Below are positions 43,201 through 56,122 of a DNA stretch of 64,000 nt, piece by piece. How positions within the stretch are numbered: the first letter of the stretch is position 1; each line of letters starts with the position of its first letter. This DNA is from Eledone cirrhosa. Taxonomy: Eukaryota. Where the stretch lies: NCBI GenBank assembly GCA_964016885.1, contig OZ024745.1, positions 86,862,001 to 86,926,000 of the forward strand, given 5' to 3'. The notes under the pieces were generated by a model that saw nothing but the letters and a program-made list of their open reading frames with translations, made no database searches and was not told the DNA's origin. The translations under genes were made by a program, and so were the position numbers.

Positions 43201-46200
43201 CTAGGACTGTACTCTCCAATGTAGCATTTATTATGTTACACTGTATCTAGGGCTGTACTATACAATTTACATTTATTATATTACACTGTATCTAGCGCTG
43301 TACTATCCAATATGCCATTTATTACATTACACTGTATATAGGGCTCTACTACCCAACGCACCATGAATTATATAAAACTGTATCTAGGCTGTACTATCCA
43401 TTGTACCGTTTATTATATTACAGTGTATCTAGGGCTGTACTATCCAATATACCATTTATTATATTAAACTGTATCTAGGGCTGTACTACCCAATATAACA
43501 TGTATTACATTACACTGTATCTAGGGTTGTACTATCCACTGTACCATTTATTATATTACACTGTATATAGCGCTGTACTATCCAATGTAGAATTTATTAT
43601 GTTAAACTATATCTAGACTGTACTATCCAATGTACCATTTATTATATTACACTGTATGTAGGACTGTACTATACAATATACCATTTATCATATTACACTG
43701 TATCTAGGGCTGTACTATCCAATATACCATTTATTATGTTACACTATATCAAGGGCTCTACTATCCAATATACCATTTATTATATTTCACTGTATCTAGT
43801 ACTGTACTATCCAATGTAGCATTTAATATTTTACACTATATCTAGGCTGTACTATCCAATATACCATTTATTATATTACACCGTATCTAGTGCTGTACTA
43901 TCCAATGTAGCATATAATATGTTACACAATATCTATACTGTACTATCCAATGTACAATTTATTATATTACACTGTATGTAGGACTGTACTACACCATATA
44001 CCATTTATTATATTACACCGTATCTAGGTCTATACTATCCAACGTACCATGTTACACTATATCTAGGGCTGTAATATCCAATGTACCATTTATTATTTTA
44101 CACTGTATCTAGGTCTGTACTATCCAATAAATCGTTTATTATATTACACTGTATCTAGGGCTGTACTATCCAATGTACCATTTATTATATTACACTGTAT
44201 CTAGGAGTGTACTATCCAATATACCATGTTACAATATATCTAGGGCTGTAGTATCCAATGTACCATTTATTATATTACACCGTATCTATCCAATATACCA
44301 TTTATTATATTTCACTGTATCTAAGGCTGTACTATGCAATATACCATTTATTATCTTACACTCTATCTAGGGCTGTACTATCGAATGTACCATTTATTAT
44401 ATTACACTGTATGTACGACTGTACTATCCAATATACCATTTATTATGTTACATCGTATCTAGGTCTGTAGTGTACAATATACCATTTATCACATTACACT
44501 GTATCTAGGGCTCTACTACCCAACGTACCATGTTTTAAACTGTATCTAGGGCTGTACTCTCCAATGTACCATTTATTATATTACACTATATATAGGGCTG
44601 TACTATCCAATGTACCGTTTATTATATTACCCCGTTTCTAGGGCTGTAATATCAAATACACCATTCATTATATTAAACTGTATCAAGGCTGTACTATCCA
44701 ATATACCATTTATCATATTACACTGATTCTAGGGCTGTACTATACAATATACATTTAGTATATTACACTGTATCTAGGGCTGTACTATCCAATGTACCAT
44801 TCATTATACTACACTATATCTAGGGCTGTACTATCCAATATACCATTTATTATAGTACACTGTATCTAGGAGTGTACTATCCAATATACCATTTATTATA
44901 TTACACTGTATCTATGGCTGTACTATCCAATGCACCATTTATTATATTACACTGTATCTAGGGCTGTACTATCCAATATACCATTTATTATGATATACTA
45001 TATCTAGGGCTGTACTATCCAATATACCATTTATTATATTACACTGTATCTAGGGCTGTACTATCCAATGTCGCATTTATTATGTTACACTGTATCTAGG
45101 GCTGTACTATGCAATATACCATTGATTATGGTACACTGTATCTAGGGCTGTACTATGCAATATACCATTTATTATGTTACACTGTATCTAGGGCTGTACT
45201 ATCCAATATACCATTTATTATATTACACTGTATCTAGGGCTGTACTATCCAATATACTATTTATTATATTACACTGTATCTATGGCTGTACTATCCAATG
45301 TACCATATATTATATTACACTATATCCAGGTCTGTAATACCCAATGTACCATTTATTATATTACACTGTATCCGAGGAATGTACTATCCAATATACCATG
45401 TTACACTATATCTAGGGCTGTAATATCCAATGTACCATTTATTATATTACACTGTATCTAAGGCTGTACTATCCAATGTATTATTTATTATATTTCATTG
45501 TATCTAGGGCTGTACTATCCAATGTACCATTTATTATATTACACTATATCTATGGCTGTACTATCCTATGTACCATTTATTATATTACACTGTATCTAGG
45601 GCTATACTATCCAATGTACCATTTAATACATTACACTGTATCTAGGGCTGTACTACCCAATGTACCATGTATTATATTACACTGTATCTAGGGCTGTACT
45701 ATCCACTGTAACATTTATTATATTACACCGTATCTAGGGCTGTACTATCCAATGTACCATTTATTATATTACACTGTATCTAGGGCTGTACTATACAATG
45801 TACCATTTATTATATTACACTGTATCTAGGGCTGTACTATCCAATATACCATTTATTATATTACACAGAATCTAGGGCTGTACTATACAATGTACCATTC
45901 ATTATATTACACTATATCTAGGGCTGTACTATCCAATATACCATTTATTATGATATACTATATCTAGGGCTGTACTATCCAATATACCATTTATTATATT
46001 ACACTGTATCTAGGAGTGTACTATCCAATATACCATTTATTATATTACACTGTATCTATGGCTGTACTATCCAATGCACCATTTATTATATTACACTGTA
46101 TCTAGGGCTGTACTATCCAATATACCATTTATTATATTACACTGTATCTAGGAGTGTACTATCCAATATACCATTTATTATATTACACTGTATCTAGGGC

Positions 46201-49200
46201 TGTACTATCCAATGTCGCATTTATTATGTTACACTGTATCTAGGGCTGTACTATGCAATATACCATTGATTATGTTACACTGTATCTAGGGCTGTACTAT
46301 GCAATATACCATTTATTATGTTACACTGTATCTAGGGCTGTACTATCCAATATACCATTTATTATATTACACTGTATCTAGGGCTGTACTATCCAATATA
46401 CCATTTATTATATTACACTGTATCTATGGCTGTACTATCCAATGTACCATATATTATATTACACTATATCCAGGTCTGTAATACCCAATGTACCATTTAT
46501 TATATTACAGTATATCCGAGGAATGTACTATCCAATATACCATGTTACACTATATCTAGGGCTGTAATATCCAATGTACCATTTATTATATTACACTGTA
46601 TCCGAGGAATGTACTATCCAATATACCATGTTACACTATATCTAGGGCTGTAATATCCAATGTACCATTTATTATATTACACTGTATCCGAGGAATGTAC
46701 TATCCAATATACCATGTTACACTATATCTAGGTCTGTAATACCCAATGTACCATTTATTATATTACACTGTATCCGAGGAATGTACTATCCAATATACCA
46801 TGTTACACTATATCTAGGGCTGTAATATCCAATGTACCATTTATTATATTACACTGTATCTAAGGCTGTACTATCCAATGTATTATTTATTATATTTCAT
46901 TGTATCTAGGGCTGTACTATCCAATGTACCATTTATTATATTACACTATATCTATGGCTGTACTATCCTATGTACCATTTATTATATTACACTGTATCTA
47001 GGGCTGTACTATCCAATGTACCATTTAATACATTACACTGTATCTAGGGCTGTACTACCCAATATACCATGTATTATATTACACTGTATCTAGGGCTGTA
47101 CTATCCACTGTAACATTTATTATATTACACCGTATCTAGGGCTGTACTATCCAATGTACCATTTATTATATTACACTGTATCTAGGGCTTTACTATACAA
47201 TGTACCATTTATTATATTACACTGTATCTAGGGCTGTACTATCCAATATACCATTTATTATATTACACAGAATCTAGGGCCTTACTCTCCAATGTATCAT
47301 TTATTATATTACACTATATCTATTGCTTTAATATCCAATGCACCATTTATTATATTACACTGTATCTAGGGCTGTACTATCCAATGTACCATTTATTATA
47401 TTACACTGTATCTAGGAGTGTACTATCCAATATACCATGTTACACTATATCTAGGGCTGTAGTATCCAATGTACCATTTATTATATTACACCGTATCTAT
47501 CCAATATACCATTTATTATATTTCACTGTATCTAAGGCTGTACTATGCAATATACCATTTATTATCTTACACTCTATCTAGGGCTGTACTATCGAATGTA
47601 CCATTTATTATATTACACTGTATGTACGACTGTACTATCCAATATACCATTTATTATGTTACATCGTATCTAGGACTGTACTATACAATATACCATTTAT
47701 CACATTACACTGTATCTAGGGCTCTACTACCCAACGTACCATGTTTTAAACTGTATCTAGGGCTGTACTCTCCAATGTACCATTTATTATATTACACTAT
47801 ATATAGGGCTGTACTATCCAATGTACCGTTTATTATATTACCCCATTTCTAGGGCTGTAATATCAAATATACCATTCATTATATTAAACTGTATTAAGGC
47901 TGTACTATCCAATATACCATTTATCATATTACACTGATTCTAGGACTGTACTATACAATATACATTTAGTATATTACACTGTATCTAGGGCTGTACTATC
48001 CAATGTACCATTTATTATATTACACTATATCTAGGGCTGTACTATCCAATATACCATTTATTATAGTACACTGTATCTAGGAGAGTACAATCCAACATAC
48101 CATTTATTATATTACACTGTATCTATGGCTGTACTATCCAACGCACCATTTATTATATTACACTGTATCTAGGGCTGTACTATCCAATATACCATTTATT
48201 ATGTTATACTATATCTAGGGCTGTACTATCCAATATACCATTTATTATATTACACTCTATCTAGGGCTGTACTATCCAATGTAGCATTTATTATGTTACA
48301 CTGTATCTAGCGCTGTACTATGCAATATACCATTGATTATATTACACTGTATCTAGGGCTGTACTATGCAATATACCATTTATTATGTTACACTGTATCT
48401 AGGGCTGTAGTATCCAATATACCATTTATTATATTACACTGTATCTAGGGCTGTACTATCCAATGTACCATATATTATATTACACTATATCCAGGTCTGT
48501 AATACCCAATGTACCATTTATTATAGTACACTGTATCTAGGAGTGTACAATCCAACATACCATTTATTATATTACACTGTATCTAGGGCTGTACTATCCA
48601 ATATACCATTTATTATATTACACTGTATCTATGGCTGTACTATCCAATGTACCATATATTATATTACACTATATCCAGGTCTGTAATACCCAATGTACCA
48701 TTTATTATATTACACTGTATCCGAGGAATGTACTATCCAATATATCATGTTACACTATATCTAGGGCTGTAATATCTAATGTACCATTTATTATATTACA
48801 CTGTATCTAAGGCTGTACTATCCAATGTATTATTTATTATATTTCATTGTATCTAGGGCTGTACTATCCAATGTACCATTTATTATATTACACTATATCT
48901 ATGGCTGTACTATCCTATGTACCATTTATTATATTACACTGTATCTATGGCTGTACTATCCAATGTACCATTTAATATATTACACTGTGTCTAGGGCTAT
49001 ACTACCCAATGTACCATGTATTATACTACACTGTATCTAGGGCAGTACTATCCACTGTAACATTTATTATATTACACCGTATCTAGGGCTGTACTATCCA
49101 ATGTACCATTTATTATATTACACTGTATCTAGGGCTGTACTATACAATGTACCATTTATTATATTACACTGTATCTAGGGCTGTACTATCCAATATACCA

Positions 49201-49995
49201 TTTATTATATTACACAGTATCTAGGGCTTTACTCTCCAATGTACCATTTATTATATTACACTATATCTATTGCTTTAATATCCAATGTACCATTTAATAC
49301 ATTACACTGTATCTAGGGCTGTACTACCCAATGTATTATTTATTATATTTCATTGTATCTAGGGCTGTACTATCCTATGTACCATTTGTTATATTACACT
49401 GTATCTAGGGCTGTACTATCCACTGCAACATTTATTATATTACACTGTATCTAGGGCTGTACTATCCAATGTACCATTTAGTATGTTACACTGTATCTAG
49501 GGCTGTACTATCCAATGTACCATTTATTATGTTACACTATATCTAGGGCTGTACTATCCAATGTACCATTTATTATATTACACTGTATCTAGGGCTATAC
49601 TATCCAATATACCATTTAGTGTGTTACACTATATCTAGAGCTGTAATATCCATTATATCATTTTTTATGATACACTGTATCTAGGGCTGTAATATCCAAT
49701 ATACTATTTTTATTATTATGTTACACTGTTTTCAGGGCTGTAATATATAATATATCATTTATTATGATGTTACACTCTATCTAGATCTGTAATATCCAAT
49801 ATACCATTTATTATGATGTTACACTGTATCTAGGACTGTACTATACAATATACTATTTATTATGTTGTTACACTATATCTATGGCTGTAATATCCAATAT
49901 ACGATTTATTGTGATGTTACACTCTATCTTGGGCTAATATCCAATATACCATTTATTATGATGTTACACTCTATCTAGCCCTGTATTATGCAATG
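25270..49995 (+). repeat. ~24.7-kb tandem array of a 46-bp unit (roughly 535 copies)
   Basis: Consensus ACACTGTATCTAGGGCTGTACTATCCAATRTACCATTTATTATATT, with 45-, 38- and 49-bp variants. Confidence 0.97.
35204..35383 (+). mobile_element. SINE inserted in the satellite, ~21-bp TSD
   Basis: ATTATATTACAGTGTATCTTG at 35183-35203 and 35384-35404; A-box-like TGGCAGTATCGG and B box GAGTTCAAATCC. Confidence 0.93.
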
Positions 49996-50016
49996 TATCA
50001 GTTACTTCATAATATA

Positions 50017-51480
50017 CTAGCATTAAAGCCCGGCGTTGCTCGGGGTCATTAAGTTACCAAAGTTAGGTTGCAGCACTTTTTTGTCTGCCAGGCACTGGGT
50101 GAATGAATTGCAGACCTGGAAGCATGAGCTGCGCCAGCAGTGACAATTGTAGTTTCGCCTATGGATATTATCTCTGTGCAAAAAAGTGTTGAAATTTATT
50201 GTTTCACAGTACTTGCGCAACACGCGAGTAGACGATGCCAGCCGAACAACAGAGCTGCGATGGAGTTGTTCTTCATGGTTGTCTGTGTGTTTTCTAAATT
50301 TAAGACAGTAGGGAGGGTTGTGATATGAGGGAGAGTTAACTGTTGTTTCTAGCAGGTTTAGTGACCTCATAGAGGATATGTGTTTTCTAAATTTAAGACA
50401 GTAGGGAGTGGTGTGATATGAGGGAGAGTTAGCTGCTGTTTCTAGCAGGTTTAGTGACCTCATAGAGGATATGTGTTTTCTAAATTTAAGACAGTAGGGA
50501 GTGGTGTGATATGAGGGAGAGTTAGCTGCTGTTTCTAGCAGGTTTAGTGACCTCATAGAAGATATGTTTTCTAAATTTAAGACAGTAGAGAGGGGTGTGA
50601 TATGGGGGAGAGTTAGCTGCTGTTTCTAGCAGGTTTAGTGACCTCATAGAGGATATGTTTTCTAAATTTAAGACAGTAGGGAGGGGTGTGATATGAGGGA
50701 GAGTTAGCTGCTGTTTCTAGCAGGTTTAGTGACCTCATAGAAGATATGTTTTCTAAATTTAAGACAGTAGGGAGGGGTATGATATGGGGGAGAGTTAGCT
50801 GCTGTTTCTAGCAGGTTTAGTAACCTCATAGAGGATATGTGTTTTCTAAATTTAAAACAGTAGGGAGTGGTGTGATATGAGGGAGAGTTAGCTGCTGTTT
50901 CTAGCAGGTTTAGTAACCTCATAGAGGATATGTGTTTTCTAAATTTAAGACAGTAGGGAGTGGTGTGATATGAGGGAGAGTTAGCTGCTGTTTCTAGCAG
51001 GTTTAGTGACCTCATAGAGGATATTATTGTTTATCATCTATATATATAAAACTGACTGCACGCCTAACGAAATTTACAGATACATATATTTTAAATAAAC
51101 TTATATAATTTTTGCTTTTTTTTACGAAATATTTGCTTGTTTTACGTAGTCTTTAAATAGACTTGTTTTCAAGTAAAAATTATTGTGTTAATGTCATTTT
51201 AAACGCTGAGAAAGCCAGCGTAATTTTTTTAATTTTTGCACGCAGACGCTCAATGTAAACAGAACAAAGGGAAATAACTGATCACTTACGCTCAAAAATC
51301 GATACATTATATTCGATTTCGTCAGATAGGGCGGGTCAATTTGAAATATTTTTTTTCCGATGTCTTCGCTAGGGCTCAATGTACAAGTATAGCAATTTCG
51401 GTGCAATTCCGTGAGAGATTCTAAGAGGAGATGTGTGCCAAAAATCGATAGACAGACAACCTCAGTTTTATATATATAGA
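50017..51480 (-). mobile_element. Non-autonomous Helitron-like element
   Basis: The minus strand begins A|TCTATATATATAAAACTGAG (51480) and ends with hairpin CCCG-AGCAACGC-CGGG, 8 nt, CTAG|T (50017); no TSD. Confidence 0.72.
50286..51023 (+). repeat. Minisatellite, 8 copies of 91-93 bp
   Basis: Unit TGTTTTCTAAATTTAAGACAGTAGGGAG..TGTGATATGAGGGAGAGTTAGCTGCTGTTTCTAGCAGGTTTAGTGACCTCATAGAGGATA. Confidence 0.97.
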
Positions 51481-51951
51481 TTACTTCCGAGGGAATATTT
51501 ATATCTAATAGCTCCAGCGATCATGTAGATGTTTCCTTTACTAGTTGGTTCTACTCTGATTAATTTATGTGAGTTTGTTCAATGGAGATGTATACAATTG
51601 TAGTGATATAAATAGATAAAGAAAACAACAGTTCGTATATATGCTGCACTATTAACCTATCTCTCTCCCAATATTTGTAAATGTACATACAGTGGATATC
51701 GATAAATCGCTCAAGGTTGTAGACTATATAGTTCTAAGTAACCATATCAAAACAGATTCATGTCGTGACTCGCCACAAGATTACGTTAAGTCTATTTTCT
51801 TACAGTAAATACAGAATTGTTTGGTTAATGTTTTACTGCTATTGAAAAGAAATGTGGTTTGATTGATTAATTGATCGATCAACCGATTGATTGATCCTTT
51901 GTCTTCCATCTCCATCTCTTTTATTGTACATAATATTAAATAGTGACTTAC

Positions 51952-52272
51952 TTTTTACGAAATCTGTTTTACTTCGAAACCATTCTTCAGCAAGCTTCTT
52001 GAAAACGGGTTTCGGTACCTCTGTTGCAACTGGACACTGTGCATCTGGAAATATGTCATGATTGCCAATACCTGGAACAATTGTAACCATTGCGAAATGC
52101 GCCTTCAAAATGTTTGTACAATTTTTGAGGATTTCAAGATTGATTGATTCGCTCAGAACCAGTTTCTCCTCCATACGTGTATGTAGAACATTATCACCAT
52201 TGGATAAAATAAAGTACCAGTAATATACTGTTATAATTGCTGGCCTTGTGCCAAAAGTAGAAACAATTATCA
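51952..52272 (-). CDS. SMPDL3: SMPDL3-like coding exon 3 (interrupted by a SINE fragment)
   Basis: cctatag|T GAT AAT [insert] DNVLHTRMEEKLVLSESINLEILKNCTNILKAHFAMVTIVPGIGNHDIFPDAQC...WFRSKTDFVK A|gtaagt. Confidence 0.85.
52198..52265 (+). mobile_element. 5'-truncated SINE in exon 3, TSD ATTATCAC
   Basis: TSD at 52190-52197 and 52266-52273; the net +76 bp shifts the frame. Confidence 0.88.
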
Positions 52273-52296
52273 CTATAGGATGAGCAATACAATAAT

Positions 52297-52740
52297 TGTT
52301 TCTACTTTAAGCACAAGGCCAGCAATTTTTGGGGGAGGGGTAAGTCGATTAAATCGACCCCAGTTTATTACTGGTAATTTACTTTTTCAACCCCGTAAGG
52401 ATGAAAGGCAAAGCTAACTTCGGCGGGATTTTAACTTAGAACGTAAAGGGTTGTAACTCTATGCCGCGAAGCAGGGTGTTCGATACTCTACCGATACTGC
52501 CAATCCACCAACCTTAAGTATAATTATTTCTACTATAGGCACATGACCAGCAATTTGGAGGGAGGGGAAAGTCGATTAAATCCACTCCAGTGTATTACGA
52601 GTGCTTTATTTTATCGAACCCGTAAGGATGAATGGCAAAGCTAACCTCGGCTGGATTTAAACTCAGAACGTAAAGGGCCGCAACTCTATGCTACACAGCA
52701 TGTTGTATGGTGCCCTACCGATACTGCCAATCCACCGCCC
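52297..52740 (-). mobile_element. Two adjacent full-length SINEs
   Basis: Copies at ~52297-52509 and ~52524-52740; the second is flanked by ACCTTAAGTATAAT. Confidence 0.9.
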
Positions 52741-53194
52741 TCACCAACCTTAAGTATAATGAATTCTAACATAAGTACAGAGCCACATATTTTGAAGGAC
52801 CCTTAAAGAATATTTAATCAAATGCCAGTATTTGACTTCTATTTATTTTATTGGCTCCGGAACCTAGAAATATAAACACAAAAGTTGATTCATGTGAGAT
52901 TTTATTTCACAATGTAATGAGATTTAATTTAATACAAGGTATATTTTTCTCACGCTCTATTGCTTCGTCTACTCCACAATAATAAATAAGATAAAAGAAT
53001 ACATATTTCTTTATTTGTTTATATTTCATGAGAGTGTGATAAGTACTGTTGATTATCAAAAATGTTGGGATAAAGATTCATGATAAAGAGTACAAATACG
53101 ATTAGTCCTATTGACATCAGATGAGGGTTAATGTTAAGGTTAGGGTTAAGGCTTGAACATTTTGAGGTGCCTACATTTTTAATTCCCGCTTAAG

Positions 53195-53266
53195 TGAGAT
53201 TTGTATTCGTTTCTGAATCTCATTAGCGATTTCGCTAATGAGATTAAGAAACGAATACAAATCTCA
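53195..53266. repeat. Near-perfect 72-bp palindrome
   Basis: TGAGATTTGTATTCGTTTCTGAATCTCATTAGCGA-TT-TCGCTAATGAGATTAAGAAACGAATACAAATCTCA. Confidence 0.9.
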
Positions 53267-53297
53267 ATACCCATAATGCTATTATTCTATAACTCTA

Positions 53298-53512
53298 GAG
53301 CGGTTGATTGGCAGTATCGGTAGAGGGTCGGGCGCCAATCTTTGAGCATAGAGTTACGGCCCTTTACGATCTGAGTTCAAATCCCGCCGAGGTTAACTTT
53401 GCCTTTCATCCTTACGGGGTCGATAAAATAAAGTACCAGTCACGCACTTGAGTCGACTTAATCGACTTCCCCCTCCTCCAAAATGTCTGGCCTTGTGCCT
53501 ATATAAGAAACT
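53298..53512 (+). mobile_element. Full-length SINE, TSD TTATTCTATAACTCTA
   Basis: A/B boxes, family body and flanking direct repeat. Confidence 0.9.
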
Positions 53513-54149
53513 CTTATTCTATAACTCTAAGACATTGTACGATTTCAAAAGTAGCCAATATTGCCCAAAGTTCCTTAAAGAAGAAGATACGATCCGAACA
53601 GGTTGAGTCCTCGAAGTTGTCTCAATTTCCATCTGAAGTTAATTAATTTAAGTCATTCAGCTAAATTCTCTCTAGCGAAGAATGTCTGTTACACTTTACA
53701 TTTTACTTCCTCGAAAAGTTAATAACCTTTTATCCTGATTAAGAATAAACCAATATTTTAGTTGTTGCCTCGTTACACCAAGAATTCTAATTCTAACCGA
53801 AACCATATTACTTTACAAATGTTTCTCTTGGAAAAACAAGGAAGAAAAACGGATACTATATCTATTTCTATAAACATTTTCATATCTATTAATAGATGAA
53901 AGATTTTTCAATATTTAGATCTACTTTATGTTTCGATCAGTTAGATCGGCATTTGTCACCAGGTGCCTTATTCCTCCATGCGTACATATTACCAGACTTA
54001 TAATTATTTTAAATCTAAATATAATGTTCTCAATCAACCGGTTACTGACTCATACTAGACGTTTACTACGTACACGTTTAGGAATAAAACATCTGATGAC
54101 GTTTGCAGACCAAACCTATTCAACCGTAGTATAGATAGATATAATATAA

Positions 54150-54340
54150 ATTTAAGCTCAAGGCCAGCAATTTGGAGGAAAGGACAAAGTTGAGGAATAA
54201 ACCCCAGAAATTGAGTGGTGCTTTATGTTATCAAACCTGGAAGGATGAAAGGTAAAGTAGACCCCGACAAAATTTGAAATCAGAACAAATACCACAATGG
54301 CATTTTATCCGACGCTACATAAATTCTATCAACCAATCAC
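54150..54340 (-). mobile_element. Older diverged SINE copy
   Basis: CAAGGCCAGCAATTTGGAGG...AAGGATGAAAGGTAAAGT.GACC.CG..AATTTGAA. Confidence 0.75.
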
Positions 54341-54490
54341 CCCTGTAGAAATGTAATATTTAAAACAATATTTCATTCTAACGACTAGGTTTAATAATCT
54401 GGAAAATTATAGTCTCCTATATTATACGAATTTACCTGCTTGTTGAATAACTAACAAAATATAGTTATATAAGATATATCCTATACTTGC

Positions 54491-54884
54491 CCTGTCCAGA
54501 CTATAAAGTCAACATCAAAATGAATAGCCTTCATTTGTTTGACAATGGTTTCAATCAATATCTTCGGTGCATCGCAATCATAGTCACCAAATTTAGCAAA
54601 AGTTTGGTTTGTGACAGTGCATGAATAAGGAATAGAAAGCTTGTTATAGGTGAAGTCATAATTGTTTCTACTTTTTGGCACAAGGCCAGCAATTACTCAG
54701 TGCATTACTGGTACTTTATTTTATCGAACCCGTAAGGGTGAAAGGCAAAGTCAACCTCAGCGGGATTTGAACTCAGATCATTAAGGGACGTAACTATGCT
54801 GGAAAACATGGTATCCGACGCTCTACCGATACTGCCAATCCACCGTGAAGTCATAATGAAGATCTGTTATGTGCCAAAAGTAAC
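54491..54884 (-). CDS. SMPDL3: SMPDL3-like coding exon 2 (interrupted by a SINE; GC donor)
   Basis: tttcag|GYFWHITDLHYDFT [SINE] YNKLSIPYSCTVTNQTFAKFGDYDCDAPKILIETIVKQMKAIHFDVDFIVWTG|gcaagt. Confidence 0.88.
54663..54844 (-). mobile_element. Full-length SINE in exon 2, 13-bp TSD
   Basis: GTGAAGTCATAAT at 54650-54662 and 54845-54857; introduces an in-frame TAG. Confidence 0.93.
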
Positions 54885-54901
54885 CTGAAACAGATAGATA
54901 A

Positions 54902-54936
<35 letters not shown>

Positions 54937-55599
54937 TTGTAAAGAGTTACTTCCGGATGGTTGAGCTTTTCAGTTGAAATGGCAATGGCTCAACCATCGG
55001 GCACTAACTTTTTATAATGCCAACACAATTTCCCAAGTATCGAGTACTTAGCAGAATAATAGTTTTACTACTCTAAATTGGTAACTCTCGAATTCTAGAT
55101 AAATAGATAGATAGATAGATAGACGGACAGGCAGAGGGTAGGTGGACAGATTATTTGACAATCTATTGCAGTTTTAACCGCAGAGCGCAGTCCAAACTCT
55201 GCCTCACCCCAAGCACAGAGCACACACCCCTCACCCCCCACCCCGATTTTTCTGTGGCCTAAGAGTCTTGTTTTTCCTTCCTTTGCCTCTCATTTATGGC
55301 ATGTATAGTCATTTCCTCTACTTTCCCATACAGCCAGATCTGCCCTTCTTTATCCCCCACTTTCCCATTACTTAATGTTGGTTTTATCTTTAAAGTTTCA
55401 TATTTCCATCTTCGTATAACTTTTATTTGTAATCTTATTTATATAACTGAATAATATAATACATAAGGAAAACAGCATTTAACAATACAATTCCATTTAC
55501 ATGCTGCTGAATTTATGATAGACCCATAGACAAAAACGTGTATATGTTCATGTTAGTGCATGTGAATGTGTATATATGCGTGTGTGTTAATAAGTGTCT

Positions 55600-55888
55600 G
55601 GTGGAAGCACGTGGTCTAGTGGTAAGGGTGTTGGACTTACGATCATAATGTCGTGGGTTCGATTCCTGGGTTGCGTGTAGTGTTCTTGTGCAAAACACTT
55701 CATTTCAGGTTGCTCCAGTATATTCAGCTGAAAATGAGTACCAGCAGCAATAGCTGGGGGTTTAACCCTGCGATGGAGTGGCGTCCTGTCCAAGGGGGAG
55801 TCTTGTACTCTCAGTGGCTTCATCCCATGAAACCGGGATAAACTCCGGCCAAATGAGCCTTCTGGCTTAAGACAGACTTCAGACTTTT
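55600..55888 (+). mobile_element. tRNA-derived SINE with a V-domain-like core, TSD TTAATAAGTGTCT
   Basis: A box TGGTCTAGTGG, B box GGTTCGATTCC, CCTGCGATGGAGTGGCGTCCTGTCCA.GGG, GAAACCGGGATAAACTCCGGC; 13-bp TSD. Confidence 0.88.
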
Positions 55889-55935
55889 TTAATAAGTGTC
55901 TACCGTCTTAAAAAGAAGAAACATACATTTAATAA

Positions 55936-56122
55936 TTGTTTCTACTTTTGGAACAAGGCCAGCAATTAAACCAGTGCATTACTAGTACTTTATTTTATCG
56001 ATCCCGTAAGGATGAAAGGCAAAGTTAACCTCAGCGGTATTTGAACTCGGAATAGCAAGGGCCGTAACTCTATGCGTCAAAGTATGGCGTCCGACCCTCT
56101 ACCAATACTGCCAATCCACTGC
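55936..56122 (-). mobile_element. Full-length SINE, TSD CATTTAATAAT
   Basis: Family body and flanking direct repeat. Confidence 0.9.

Noticed and set aside
25270-49995. CRISPR-like regular array and the Y/I/L-rich ORFs within it (up to 228 aa)
   Set aside because: Units are contiguous with no unique spacers and no cas genes, in a eukaryotic context; the ORFs are translations of the satellite.
50023-51015. 177-aa and 103-aa repetitive ORFs
   Set aside because: Arise from the 93-bp unit being a multiple of three and are broken by the 91-bp units.
51839-52273. 144-aa ORF as a standalone gene
   Set aside because: It is SMPDL3-like exon 3 fused to SINE sequence and intron read-through.
55600-55672. 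tRNA gene
   Set aside because: The A/B boxes continue into a SINE body with a TSD, and there is no intact cloverleaf.
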